Below, one piece after another: positions 51,046 to 60,345 of a DNA stretch of 64,000 nt (the stretch's first letter is position 1; every line of letters begins with the position of its first letter). The stretch lies in assembly GCA_964460485.1 (NCBI GenBank), contig CAYWRY010000001.1, forward strand, positions 21,761 through 85,760, written 5' to 3'. The notes under the pieces are model-generated. The model did not search any database. It saw only the letters and a list, made by a program, of their open reading frames with translations, and was not told the DNA's origin. Position numbers and translations under genes: made by a program. Source of the stretch: an uncultured Spirochaetales bacterium (GTDB taxonomy: Bacteria; Myxococcota_A; UBA9160; UBA6930).

Positions 51046-53919
51046 CTACTGCGCGTTCGGGCCGTTGTCGCACTCTCCGGCGGTTCCCGCGCAGATCGGC
51101 AGCTCGTTCGAGAACAGCCCCAACGGATTCTGCACCTGGAGCAGGTGCAGACCGGCGCCCGGGTTGTTCACGAGGTCGATCGTCACGTTGCCCGGATTGC
51201 AGAAGCCGCCCGCGCTGCCCGCGGAGCAGGTCAGGGTTCCGGTCGCGAGCGCGCCGTCGACGAAGATCGTGGCCGCCGTCGATACGTCCTCGCCGCGCAC
51301 GTTGAAGGCCGGCGGGCTGCCGGTGGCGGAGAAAAGCGGCAGCGGCGGATCGCCGATCGCCGTGGCCGCGGTGGGCGTCCCGGCGGTGGAGAGCAGCGGC
51401 TGGCGCGAGGTGTTCGCGTTGGCGCGCAGATGGGCGGTGAGCGTGAGGAACGTCGTGCCGTTGGCGGCCTCGGCCCGCAGCGCGGCGGGCGTCAGCGAGA
51501 AGGAGTCGGCCGCGTACACGGCGCCGTTGAAGCTGACGAGCAGCGTCGTGCCCAGCCGGCGGCCGATGCCGCGCAGGTTCACCGCGCCGCGCGCGTCTGC
51601 GGCTTCGAGCGCGCTCATCAAGGTGAGCGTCTCGGGCAGATTCGCCGTGACGGTGTTCAGCGTCAGCTGGCGGCCGGTCGCGCCCGAGGTGCCGGTGCTG
51701 GCCTCCTCGAACATCTCGAAGATGTGCTGCGGCCGGACGCCGTAAACCGCGTCGAACACGAAGAAGGCCGCGCCGAACGTCGTCTGCTCGCGGAAGCCGA
51801 GGTTCGGGTCCCACTCGAAGCCAGGCTCGTTGCCGGCCGTGGCGAAGGCGAGGATCTCCTCCGCGTTCGTGACGCCGAGCGAGAACTGGAGCGTGCGATC
51901 GGTGAGTCCGCGCATGGTGGGTGCGTCGAAGCCGTTCAGCGTGGCCGAGTTGGTGGAGGCGCCGAGCGGCAGGGCGTGGCAGCCGCCGTCGGCATCGGCG
52001 CAGGAGCGCGGCTGGCCGGGACCGTCCTGATTCACGAAGAAGTCGGCGAAGCCCTTGCGCGCGGAGACGGCCACCCCGCCCTGGGTCGCGGGCGTCGCGT
52101 CCGAGAGGCGCGAGAGGTTGTCGCCCACGCGCCGCGCGCGCGCCGGCGGGTATGCGACCGAGGCCAGGAAGCTCGCCATGTCGTCGCGCTCCTGCGCGCT
52201 GAGCTCGTTGCCGCCCGGCGGGCAGGAGCCGCTCTGGTCGCACATCACGCCGGAGAGGCTGCCGTTCACGAGATCGAGGAAGCAGTCGTGATCGCCGTCC
52301 GCGTCGCCGAGCGCGCAGTCGGTTCCGCCGGACCCGGCGAACCCCACCGAGCCGTTGCCGCCGCCGAAGGGGTCGCCCAGCGTGCCATCCCAGTGCAGCG
52401 GCAGCGTGTTCTTCAGGCCGCGGATCGGCATGGTGGTGCGCGGCTCGTCGCCGCTCGGGCAACCGATCGCCGCGCACTCGCCGCCGATCCGCCACAGCAG
52501 CTGGTCCACGTTCGCGTCTGGGTGGCAGCTCGCGCACGAGAAGTTTCCGGTCGTGGACGCGAACGCGTTGTTGAAGGCAATCGCGCCGCGCCGCACCGCC
52601 GCCGGCGTCGGATCGCGGCCGACCGGGAGCGTCGCGACCGGCGCGAGCGCGCCGCCGGGACCGAGGGCGATCTGCGTGACCGTGTTGTCGAGCGAGCTCA
52701 GCACGTAGGCGGTGCCCGTCGCCCCGCTCGGCGAGTGGAGGGCGATGCCCTTCGGAATCGCGCCCACGTCGAGCACGGCCAGCGGCGCTCCGGCGGGCAA
52801 GCTCGACGAGAAGCTCGCCACGCGGCTCGCGCCGGCGGCGGTCATCAGCACCACCGACCCGTCGCCCGACAGCGCGATGCCGTAGGGCGTGGCGAGCGAG
52901 TTCGAATGGGTCGTCGGGATCGGCTCGACGGCGGACACCGTCGGCGCGCCGCAGCCGCTCGCGTCGCACGTCACCGCGGCGAGCTCGTTGTCGAACATGC
53001 GGTTGTCGAGCGTCGCCAGCACCTCGCGGTGTGCGCCGTTCACGGCGTTGCGCGCGTCGGTCTGGGCGACGAACGCGCGGCCGTTCGCGTCGACGGCGAG
53101 GCCGTAGAGCAGCGTGCCGAGGCCGGAGACGACCGCGACCTCCTGGTCGTTCGCCGTGTCGTAGACGAACAGGTCGCGATCGGGCGCCTGCGGGTCGATC
53201 TGGATGTTCTTCGCAGCGCCGGGCAGGTTCGGCTCGGTGACGAAGGTCTGGAGCTGCGGCAGGCCGATCGAGCACTGGGGACCGGTCGGCACGCCCACGG
53301 GGCAGGCCGAGATCTCGCTCTGGTTGCCGCTCTCGAAGGCGGCCACGTAGAGCAGGCCGTTGCGCACGGCGATCGCGCGCGGCTCGGAGCCGCGGACGGG
53401 AATGAAGCCGGTCACCTGATAGGTCGCGGTGTCGATCACGGCGATCAGGTCGCGGGAGGAGAGCGCGACGTAGGCCTTCGCGTTGCCGGCGAAGGCGATG
53501 CCGGCCGGCTCGTCGAACAGCGTGGCCAGCGCCGCATCGAGCACCTGGATCGTCTCGACGACCTCGCGGTAGCTCGCGCTGCCGGGCGTCACGTCGATCA
53601 CGCTGATCGAGTCGCTGACGTGGTTCGAGACCCAGACCTCGCTGCCGTCGGGCCTCACCGCCACCGAGACGGGCTCGAGGCCGACGTCGACGTTGCGCAC
53701 GGAACGGAACGGCGAGGTGGTGAGGATCTGGAGCGTGTTGCTCGTCGTGTTCGCGACGTAGACCTCGTGGCCGCTGGCGGAGACCGCGATCGGGTTCACC
53801 TGCGGGCTCGCGAAGTTCTGGTAGCCGGGCACCTCGTGGACGGAGGCGCCGCCGGCGAGGCCAGCAGCGGGCAAACAGAGTACGAGAGCGGCGGCCGCGA
53901 CGCGCAGCGACATGGGCAC
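51046..53919 (-). CDS. large secreted protein: YVTN-type beta-propeller repeats plus a CxxCH (cytochrome-c-peroxidase-like) region and a C-terminal beta-rich domain
   Basis: Full ORF, 957 aa. Signal MPMSLRVAAAALVLCLPAAGLAGGA. Repeated xVYVANxxSNTLxV-like propeller blades, NFSCASCHPDANVDQLLW, then SCADADGGCHALPLG. Confidence 0.8.
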   Translation of the reverse strand: MPMSLRVAAAALVLCLPAAGLAGGASVHEVPGYQNFASPQVNPIAVSASGHEVYVANTTSNTLQILTTSPFRSVRNVDVGLEPVSVAVRPDGSEVWVSNHVSDSISVIDVTPGSASYREVVETIQVLDAALATLFDEPAGIAFAGNAKAYVALSSRDLIAVIDTATYQVTGFIPVRGSEPRAIAVRNGLLYVAAFESGNQSEISACPVGVPTGPQCSIGLPQLQTFVTEPNLPGAAKNIQIDPQAPDRDLFVYDTANDQEVAVVSGLGTLLYGLAVDANGRAFVAQTDARNAVNGAHREVLATLDNRMFDNELAAVTCDASGCGAPTVSAVEPIPTTHSNSLATPYGIALSGDGSVVLMTAAGASRVASFSSSLPAGAPLAVLDVGAIPKGIALHSPSGATGTAYVLSSLDNTVTQIALGPGGALAPVATLPVGRDPTPAAVRRGAIAFNNAFASTTGNFSCASCHPDANVDQLLWRIGGECAAIGCPSGDEPRTTMPIRGLKNTLPLHWDGTLGDPFGGGNGSVGFAGSGGTDCALGDADGDHDCFLDLVNGSLSGVMCDQSGSCPPGGNELSAQERDDMASFLASVAYPPARARRVGDNLSRLSDATPATQGGVAVSARKGFADFFVNQDGPGQPRSCADADGGCHALPLGASTNSATLNGFDAPTMRGLTDRTLQFSLGVTNAEEILAFATAGNEPGFEWDPNLGFREQTTFGAAFFVFDAVYGVRPQHIFEMFEEASTGTSGATGRQLTLNTVTANLPETLTLMSALEAADARGAVNLRGIGRRLGTTLLVSFNGAVYAADSFSLTPAALRAEAANGTTFLTLTAHLRANANTSRQPLLSTAGTPTAATAIGDPPLPLFSATGSPPAFNVRGEDVSTAATIFVDGALATGTLTCSAGSAGGFCNPGNVTIDLVNNPGAGLHLLQVQNPLGLFSNELPICAGTAGECDNGPNAQ

Positions 53920-54059
53920 CTCGTGCGATCGGACGCAGCGTCCGCGGTTGCGCTGCGTGCGGGCCGCATCTTACGTCGCGCGAACCCGCAGCGGGCGCGC
54001 AAGTTGCGTGGAGTTCGGGTTACGCTGTGCGACCCCGAGTCACAACCGAGGAGTCCGCC

Positions 54060-54365
54060 GTGATCGTGATTCACGCTTCCGTGCTGCTCGACCCTGCGAA
54101 GACCGAGGCCGCGACCGCGGCCGCGAAGGAGATGATGGCCGAATCGCGCAAGGAGGCCGGCTGCCACGCCTACACGTTCACGCGCGATCTCAGCGAGCCC
54201 GGGCGCTTCTACGTCATCGAGGAGTGGGAGAGCGACGAGGCGCTGGCGGTGCACTTCAAGACGCCGCACATGGCGAAGTTCCAGTCGGTGATGCCGGGGT
54301 TCGGGATCAAGGAGATGAAGGCGGAGCGGTTCGTGGTGTCTTCTCACGGTCCGCTGAGGCCGTGA
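54060..54365 (+). CDS. antibiotic-biosynthesis-monooxygenase (ABM) domain protein
   Basis: ORF 54027..54365. GTG at 54060 sits 6 nt after GAGGAG; an alternative GTG lies at 54027. VIVIHASVLLDP...FYVIEEWESDEALAVHFKTPHM. Confidence 0.7.
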   Translation: MIVIHASVLLDPAKTEAATAAAKEMMAESRKEAGCHAYTFTRDLSEPGRFYVIEEWESDEALAVHFKTPHMAKFQSVMPGFGIKEMKAERFVVSSHGPLRP

Positions 54366-54511
54366 GAGGTCGATACCGGCGCCGCGGCTGCTCGTGCTGG
54401 GCGCGCTCGCGCGCTCGTCGAGGGAGGGAGGGCGCGGATCGGCGCGGCCTACGGCCGCGCCTGCCGCGCGCTGCGCGTCGATTCGCGTGGCAGTGGAGAC
54501 GCGCGGCCGGG

Positions 54512-54976
54512 TCAAGAACGCTTGCGCTGGGCGGCGGCGAGCTCGTCGAGGTGGAGGTGGTGGGAGAGGTCGCCGAGCAGGTCCATCCGGATGTGGCGCT
54601 CGGAGAAGCGCCAGGCGCCGTCGACCTTCGCGAAGCGGTCGTGGTAGCGGCCGGCGACGACGATCTGGAGCGGCTGGCCGGGGGCCGCTTGCAGGACGGT
54701 GAAGCGAGAGCGGGCACTGGCGGTCGCGCCGCCGGGGGCGATCTCCACGAGCACGTTCGTGGTGACGTGCTGGGTCCGCGGCGTCCCGTCGGCGTAGAGC
54801 CGGATCAGCGAGGCGTTGAGGGCTGCGACTTGACGCCAGTCCGTGAGGGGCGGCTGGTCGCCAGCGCAGTAGATGGCGTGCTCGAAGAGGCGTGCCATGC
54901 CCTCGAGGTCGCCGCTGTCGATGCGCTCGGCGTAGCTGAAGAGGAGATTGCGGATCGCCTGCTCGTCGCTCGTCAC
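54512..54976 (-). CDS. SnoaL-like / NTF2-fold protein
   Basis: C-terminal 154 aa of ORF 54512..55225, GTG at 54976. DEQAIRNLLFSYAERIDSGDLEGMARLF...GRYHDRFAKVDGAWRFSER. Confidence 0.7.
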   Translation of the reverse strand: MTSDEQAIRNLLFSYAERIDSGDLEGMARLFEHAIYCAGDQPPLTDWRQVAALNASLIRLYADGTPRTQHVTTNVLVEIAPGGATASARSRFTVLQAAPGQPLQIVVAGRYHDRFAKVDGAWRFSERHIRMDLLGDLSHHLHLDELAAAQRKRS

Positions 54977-55050
54977 GGAGAGGTCCTCGCCGTCAGCCCG
55001 CGGTCTGCGCGCAGTCGAGCGCCAGCTTGCCTGCGAAGCGCGCGGCGGAG

Positions 55051-56118
55051 TCAGTCGGGGAAATGCGGCATCACCTCTTTCGTGAGCAGGCGCAGCGACT
55101 CGTCCCACCACGCGGGCTCGCCGCTGAAGTCGTAGATCATCGCGAGCAGCGTCCCGAAGCCGCCGGTCGCGTCTGCGAGGCTGCGCAGCTTGCGCGTCAC
55201 GCTGTCCGGCGAGCCGACCAGCCACGAGCGCTCGATCAGGTAGTCGACGCTCAGCAGCCGCTCGGGATCGCCGGGATGGAGGAAGTGCTTCGCCATGCCG
55301 CTGCCCACGTAGAACGGCAAGAGATATTCGCGCCAGCAGCGCCCGAGCGCTCCCTCGCGAGCGCGGCGCTGCGCCTCCGCGTCCGTCGGCGCCACGTAGA
55401 CCTCGCGCACGAGGCGCCAGTCGGCGCGCCGCGGCGTGCGGCCGCTGCGCCGCGCGCCTTCCTCCACGGAGCTCCAGTGCGATGCGGTGTGCGCGTCGTT
55501 CAGCGAGATCGAGAGCGGCAGGAAGCCGCGCTCGCCGGCGAGCTTCAGCGTCTCGGAGCCGGCGGAGAGGCCCGCGATGCCGATCGGCGGGTGCGGCTTC
55601 TGGTAGGGCGTCAGATGCAGCTTCAGGAACTCGAAGCCCGAGGCGGGCTTGCTCACTCTCCAGAACGCGCCGTCGAAGTCGAAGGGCTCGCCGCGCCAGA
55701 GGCGCAGCATGATGTCGAGCGATTCGAGCGTCATACGCCGGTTCTCGCCGCCGGCGGCATCGACGCCGTAGAGGGCGAGATCGCTCGGCAGCGCGCTAAT
55801 CCCGACGCCGAGCATGTAACGCCCGCGCGCCAGGTGATCGAGGAAGGCGATGCGGTGCGCGAGCTCGATCGGGTGGTGGTAGGGCAAGAGGTGTGCGCCC
55901 GGGCAGAGCTTGATCTGCGAGGTGCGCAGCAGCGCCTGCGCGATCAGCAGATCCGGGGCGGGCACGGGCTCCCAGGGTGCGGTGAAGTGCTCGCCGATCC
56001 ACGCTTCCGAGAAACCGGAGCGGTCGAGCTGCTCGAGCTGTGCGAGGTCCCACTGGAGCGCGTCGTAGAGCGGGCGCTCGGGCGGATGGGACGGCATGAA
56101 GAACGCGCCGAGCTTCAC
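55051..56118 (-). CDS. LLM-class (luciferase-like) flavin-dependent oxidoreductase
   Basis: C-terminal 355 aa of ORF 55051..57828. GTG at 56118 (GTGA overlap). VKLGAFFMPSHPPERP...FSEAWIGEHF... Confidence 0.8.
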   Translation of the reverse strand: MKLGAFFMPSHPPERPLYDALQWDLAQLEQLDRSGFSEAWIGEHFTAPWEPVPAPDLLIAQALLRTSQIKLCPGAHLLPYHHPIELAHRIAFLDHLARGRYMLGVGISALPSDLALYGVDAAGGENRRMTLESLDIMLRLWRGEPFDFDGAFWRVSKPASGFEFLKLHLTPYQKPHPPIGIAGLSAGSETLKLAGERGFLPLSISLNDAHTASHWSSVEEGARRSGRTPRRADWRLVREVYVAPTDAEAQRRAREGALGRCWREYLLPFYVGSGMAKHFLHPGDPERLLSVDYLIERSWLVGSPDSVTRKLRSLADATGGFGTLLAMIYDFSGEPAWWDESLRLLTKEVMPHFPD

Positions 56119-57635
56119 GGCAACTCCTCGCCGTAGAGCGCGGACGCCCAGAGCCGCCGGTTCGCTTCGTTCGGTGCGCGCACCACGCGGCACGGGTCGT
56201 CGATCTCCAGGGTGGCGCGCGCCGCGGCGTCGTAGCGCGGCCAGCCGCAGGCGAGGCCTGGGTGGGCCGGATCGCCCGTGCGGGCGAACGCGGACCAAGC
56301 ATCCATCGTGGCCCGAACGACGCGCCGCGCGCGCGCGTCGTCGCCAGCGAACGCGGCGAGCGCGGGCGAATCCGCGTGCGTGCCCAGCGCGAAGGGCACG
56401 TCGAGGGCGTGACAGGCGCCGAGCGCGCCAGCGCGCAGCGGAGAGCGCCAGGCGAAGCGATACATCCAGGTGTCGGGGCACACGCGCGCTCGCGCCTCGG
56501 CGAGCGCGGCGCTCGGCACGAACAGGCTCGCGTCCGTCTCGAGCGCGAAGAAGCGATCGAGGGGCGTCGCGCCCGAGTACGCGGCGACGATCTTCTGCGC
56601 GGCGGCCGCGCGCGCGTCGCGATCCCCGGAGAGCTTCGAAGCGACGAAGGGCGCGAGCGCGGCCTCCGGCATGGCGCCGAAGCCGGGCACGAGCTGGAAG
56701 AGGCGCATCTCGTCGGCGGTCGTGCCGATCGCGAGCGCGATGTCGGGCGCGCTGCCCGCCGCCACCGCCCGCATCGGCCACTCGGGCAGCGAGTCGCCGT
56801 CGACGACGGGCGCGAAGAACATCCCGATGCGCCGCGCGCCCGCCTCGGCGCACTGCTGCTGCGCCGCGAGGATGCGCTCCGCGGGCAGCGAGCGCAGCCA
56901 GGCGAGATCGCGCACGTCGCCGCCGAGCTTCTCGCCGAGCTGCGCCGCGCGCTCGGCGCCCTCCGCTGCGCTCAGCTGCCCGGCGGGCGCCGCGCTCTGC
57001 ACGATCGCGCGCGCGAACAGCCCGCGCGCGGCGGGCATCGCGAGCAGCGCCACGATGCTGCCCGCGCCCGCGCTCTCGCCGAACACGCTGACGCGCGCCG
57101 GGTCGCCGCCGAACGCCGCGATCTCGCGCTGGATGAAGCGCAGTGCCGCGAGCTGGTCGAGCAACCCGAGGTTCGAGCGGCCGTCGCCGAGGTGCAGGAA
57201 GCCGAGCGCGCCGACCCGGTAGTTCAAGGTCACGACGATCACGTCGCCGCGCGCCGCCAGCGCAGCGCCCTGATAAGCGGGCCCCGCCGCCGTGCCGCTC
57301 GCGAACGCCCCGCCGTGCAGCCAGACCATCACGGCGCGCGGCTCGCGCGCGGGCGCGCTCGGTCTCCACACGTTCAGCGTGAGGCAGTCCTCGCTCTGCG
57401 GGTGCTCGGCGAGCAGCCCGAGATCGAAGGAGAGTCCGTCGCGCGGCTGGAGGGGGGCGGGGCCGTGGGCGACGCACGCGCGCGCGCCGAGCCAGGGCCG
57501 CGCGGGCTGGGGCGGCTCGAAGCGCAGCACACCCACCGGCGGCGCCGCGTAGGGGATACCGAGGAACGTCTGGGCGCTGCCGCGGGCGAAGCCGCGCAGC
57601 GTGCCGAGCGAGGTCGCAATTTCGGGTGCAGTCAC
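56115..57635 (-). CDS. carboxylesterase type B family protein
   Basis: C-terminal 506 aa of ORF 56115..57794, GTG at 57635. Contains FLGIPYAAPP, EDCLTLNVW, WLHGGAF and the nucleophile elbow FGESAGA. Confidence 0.85.
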   Translation of the reverse strand: MTAPEIATSLGTLRGFARGSAQTFLGIPYAAPPVGVLRFEPPQPARPWLGARACVAHGPAPLQPRDGLSFDLGLLAEHPQSEDCLTLNVWRPSAPAREPRAVMVWLHGGAFASGTAAGPAYQGAALAARGDVIVVTLNYRVGALGFLHLGDGRSNLGLLDQLAALRFIQREIAAFGGDPARVSVFGESAGAGSIVALLAMPAARGLFARAIVQSAAPAGQLSAAEGAERAAQLGEKLGGDVRDLAWLRSLPAERILAAQQQCAEAGARRIGMFFAPVVDGDSLPEWPMRAVAAGSAPDIALAIGTTADEMRLFQLVPGFGAMPEAALAPFVASKLSGDRDARAAAAQKIVAAYSGATPLDRFFALETDASLFVPSAALAEARARVCPDTWMYRFAWRSPLRAGALGACHALDVPFALGTHADSPALAAFAGDDARARRVVRATMDAWSAFARTGDPAHPGLACGWPRYDAAARATLEIDDPCRVVRAPNEANRRLWASALYGEELP

Positions 57636-57808
57636 GGCGAGCACGGTGGCGCACGCGCGCGTGCGGCGGCAAACGGGTCGCGCGCGCAATGCGCGCGCGC
57701 TCGCACTGCCCCGGCCCCGGCTCGCGCGAGGACGCATTCTGCGAACGCGGTTGCGGTGGGGACGCGCGGCGCGCGAGTAGAGTGGGACTCCCAAGCCGGA
57801 GATGCCCC

Positions 57809-59068
57809 ATGGACTTCGAGATTCCCAAAGAGATCGCCGACTACCTCGGCGTGCTCGACGCCTTCATCGAGCTCGAGATCAAGCCGCTCGAACGCGAGAA
57901 CGACAACGTCCGCTTCTTCGACCACCGTCGCGAGCACTCGCGCACGGACTGGGACAACGACGGCGAGCCGCGCCCCGAATGGGAGGCGCTGCTGCGCGAG
58001 ATGCGGCGGCGCGCCGACGCCGCGGGCCACCTGCGCTTCGCGCTGCCGAAGGAGCTGGGCGGCAAGGACGGCTCGAACCTCGCGATGGCGATCATCCGCG
58101 AGCACCTCGCCACGAAGGGGCTCGGGCTGCACAACGACCTGCAGAACGAGGCTTCGATCGTCGGCAACTTCCCGACCGTGCTGATGATGTGGCACCGCGG
58201 TACGCCGGATCAGAAGAGGGAGTTCCTGCCCGGGATGTTGGACGGGACGCGCCGCGTCGCGTTCGGGCTCACCGAGCCGAACCACGGCAGCGATGCACTG
58301 TTCCTCGAGACGACGGCGGTGAAGCAGGGCAACGAGTGGGTGATCAACGGCATGAAGCGCTTCAACAGCGGCATGCACCACGCCACCCACGACATGGTGT
58401 TCGCGCGCACGAGCGGCAAACCCGGCGATCCGCGCGGCATCACCTGCTTCCTGGTCCCCACCGACTCGCCCGGGCTGAAGGTCGAGTTCCAGTGGTGGAC
58501 CTTCAACATGCCGACCGATCACGCGGAGGTGTCGCTGCAGGACGTGCGCGTCGACGACTCCGCGATCCTCGGCGGCCTCGGCGAAGGCCTCGACATGGCG
58601 CAAATGTTCGTGCACGAGAACCGCATCCGGCAGGCGGCCTCGAGCCTCGGCGCGGGGCAATACTGCATCCTCGAGGCGGTGAAGTACGCGAAGGAGCGCA
58701 AGACCTGGGGCAAGCCGCTGGCCGTCAATCAGGCGATCCAGTGGCCGCTCGCCGAGCTGCACACCGACGCGGAGTTCATCCGCAACACGATCCGCCGCGT
58801 CGCCTGGGCGATGGACAGCCGCAAGGACCCCTCGCGCGTGGACGCGAAGCTGTCGGCGCAGATCGCGATGGTGAACTACCGCGCGAACCAGTTCTGCTGC
58901 AAGGCCGCGGACGCCGCGATCCAGACCCACGGCGGCATCGGCTACACGCGCCACAAGCCCTTCGAGCACATCTACCGCCACCACCGCCGCTACCGCATCA
59001 CCGAGGGCTCGGACGAGGTGCAAATCCGCAAAGTGGCGCAGCAGCTGTTCGGGCGCATCACCTCGTAA
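57809..59068 (+). CDS. acyl-CoA dehydrogenase family protein
   Basis: C-terminal 419 aa of ORF 57626..59068. MDFEIPKEIADY...FGLTEPNHGSD...THGGIGYT...ITEGSDEVQ. Confidence 0.85.
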   Translation: MDFEIPKEIADYLGVLDAFIELEIKPLERENDNVRFFDHRREHSRTDWDNDGEPRPEWEALLREMRRRADAAGHLRFALPKELGGKDGSNLAMAIIREHLATKGLGLHNDLQNEASIVGNFPTVLMMWHRGTPDQKREFLPGMLDGTRRVAFGLTEPNHGSDALFLETTAVKQGNEWVINGMKRFNSGMHHATHDMVFARTSGKPGDPRGITCFLVPTDSPGLKVEFQWWTFNMPTDHAEVSLQDVRVDDSAILGGLGEGLDMAQMFVHENRIRQAASSLGAGQYCILEAVKYAKERKTWGKPLAVNQAIQWPLAELHTDAEFIRNTIRRVAWAMDSRKDPSRVDAKLSAQIAMVNYRANQFCCKAADAAIQTHGGIGYTRHKPFEHIYRHHRRYRITEGSDEVQIRKVAQQLFGRITS

Positions 59069-59094
59069 CAAGTCGCTCCGCCACCGCGCTCGCT

Positions 59095-59128
59095 GCGGGC
59101 ATTCCCCTCCCGGAGGGCGCCCGCTTTC
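59095..59128 (+). terminator. rho-independent-type terminator after the ACAD gene
   Basis: GCGGGC-attCCCTcccggAGGGc-GCCCGC followed by TTTC. It is a nested GC-rich hairpin 27 nt after the stop. Confidence 0.5.
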
Positions 59129-59201
59129 ATGCTGGCTTCATACGCGCGCTCGCGGATTCGCGTAGTCGTCTGATCGCACGCAACCAGAAGGAGGACGTGC
59201 G

Positions 59202-59825
59202 ATGGCGAAGCGAGCGATGCGGGCGATTCGCTGGCTGGGAGAGGGCGCATTCGGCGCGGCGGTGGCCGCCGCCGTGTTCGCCGCGCTGACGGGAATGATC
59301 GGGCGTGGGCCGGGTGCGAGCTGGCGGGCAGTCGATGCGCGCCCAATCGTGTTCAGCCTCTCGCTGCCCGAAGAGCGGCAGGAGGCGAAGCGCCCCGAGA
59401 AGCCGGTGCGAGCGGAGCACCTTCTGCCGCCGGTGAACTCGGGCACGCACCTCCGTTGCATCGGGCCCGACGCCATCCGCGACGCGCCGAGGCTGCGCTG
59501 GGTCGCGCTGGAGCCCCGCTCGCAGCGCATCGACGTCGGGCCGGCCGGCTCCGACGTGGAGGTGCCCACGCCCTGGGTTCGCATCCCGCCCGAGTACCCG
59601 CCGAACGGTCGCGGCGACGGCAGCGTGCTCGTGCGCTTCGACGTGACGAGGCTCGGCAGCGTGGCCAACGCCCGCGTCGTCGAGTCGACGCCGCCCGGCA
59701 TGTTCGACCGAGCCGCCCTGCGTGCGATCGAGCGCTGGCGCTACCGACCCGCGGTCGTCGACGGGGTGCCCGTCGAGCGGCGCGGTCTTCAGGTGCGGCT
59801 GCGTTTCGAGCTCGAGACGACCTGA
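59202..59825 (+). CDS. TonB C-terminal-domain protein (energy transducer TonB family)
   Basis: Full ORF, 207 aa. N-terminal TM AFGAAVAAAVFAALTGMI. C-terminal PEYPPNGRGDGSVLVRFDVTRLGSVANARVVESTPPGMFDRAALRAIERWRYRP. Confidence 0.75.
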   Translation: MAKRAMRAIRWLGEGAFGAAVAAAVFAALTGMIGRGPGASWRAVDARPIVFSLSLPEERQEAKRPEKPVRAEHLLPPVNSGTHLRCIGPDAIRDAPRLRWVALEPRSQRIDVGPAGSDVEVPTPWVRIPPEYPPNGRGDGSVLVRFDVTRLGSVANARVVESTPPGMFDRAALRAIERWRYRPAVVDGVPVERRGLQVRLRFELETT

Positions 59826-59873
59826 CCGAATCGCGCAGGCCGCCGCCGCACGGGGCGCGGCCGGCGCGCGGGC

Positions 59874-60257
59874 TCAAGCCGCGACTTCCTCTTCGACCTC
59901 TTCCTCGACCTCGTACTCCGAGCCCTCCAGCTCCTTCGCGTTCTCGGCCGTGTCTTCCTTCGCGATCTCGATCTTCTCGGGCTTGCCGCCGGCGTGGGTC
60001 GCGATCAGGTGGTCCGCATGGACCTCCTGCACGAGCAGCACGCGGTCGTCGACCAGCAGCTCCCAGCCCGCGGCCACCGCGACCGGCACGACCAGCAGGC
60101 GGCGCAACCCGAACGCCCGCCACCGCACGCGGCGGCGGATGCGGCGCCGGCGCACGCGGCGGCGCACGCGGCGCCGGTGGCGGTGGCGCGGGCCCGCGAA
60201 GGCGGGCGAGGCACAGAGCGCGACGACGGTGGCGAGCAGCTGGCGTCGAGACAGCAT
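59874..60257 (-). CDS. small Tat-signal protein with a poly-arginine tract and an acidic tail (hypothetical)
   Basis: C-terminal 127 aa of ORF 59874..60563, with GAGGAG upstream of the ATG at 60257. MLSRRQLLATVVALCASPAFAG, then PRHRHRRRVRRRVRRRRIRRRVRWR, a hydrophobic segment, and the tail EGSEYEVEEEVEEEVAA. Confidence 0.5.
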   Translation of the reverse strand: MLSRRQLLATVVALCASPAFAGPRHRHRRRVRRRVRRRRIRRRVRWRAFGLRRLLVVPVAVAAGWELLVDDRVLLVQEVHADHLIATHAGGKPEKIEIAKEDTAENAKELEGSEYEVEEEVEEEVAA

Positions 60258-60345
60258 GAAGTCTCCTCGGTGCGGTGCGCCGCGAGGCGGCCCGTTCAGC
60301 ATTGAACCATTGTCGGCCGGCGGCGTTGCGCGATGAAGGGCTTCG

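Noticed and set aside
164-56118. Recurrent GTGA/ATGA start-stop overlaps (164-167, 1495-1498, 17523-17526, 19803-19806, 20774-20777, 23211-23214, 24146-24149, 25406-25409, 56115-56118).
   Set aside because: This is ordinary translational coupling in compact operons. I used it as supporting evidence for start-codon choices, not as a separate discovery.
59133-59149. TGGCTTCATACGCGCGC upstream of the TonB-like gene. Similar GG-N10-GC strings occur upstream of 47820 and 57809.
   Set aside because: They lack the invariant A at position 4 and the T before the GC that all 19 accepted sites share. Bare GG-N10-GC is expected roughly every 60 nt in this composition.
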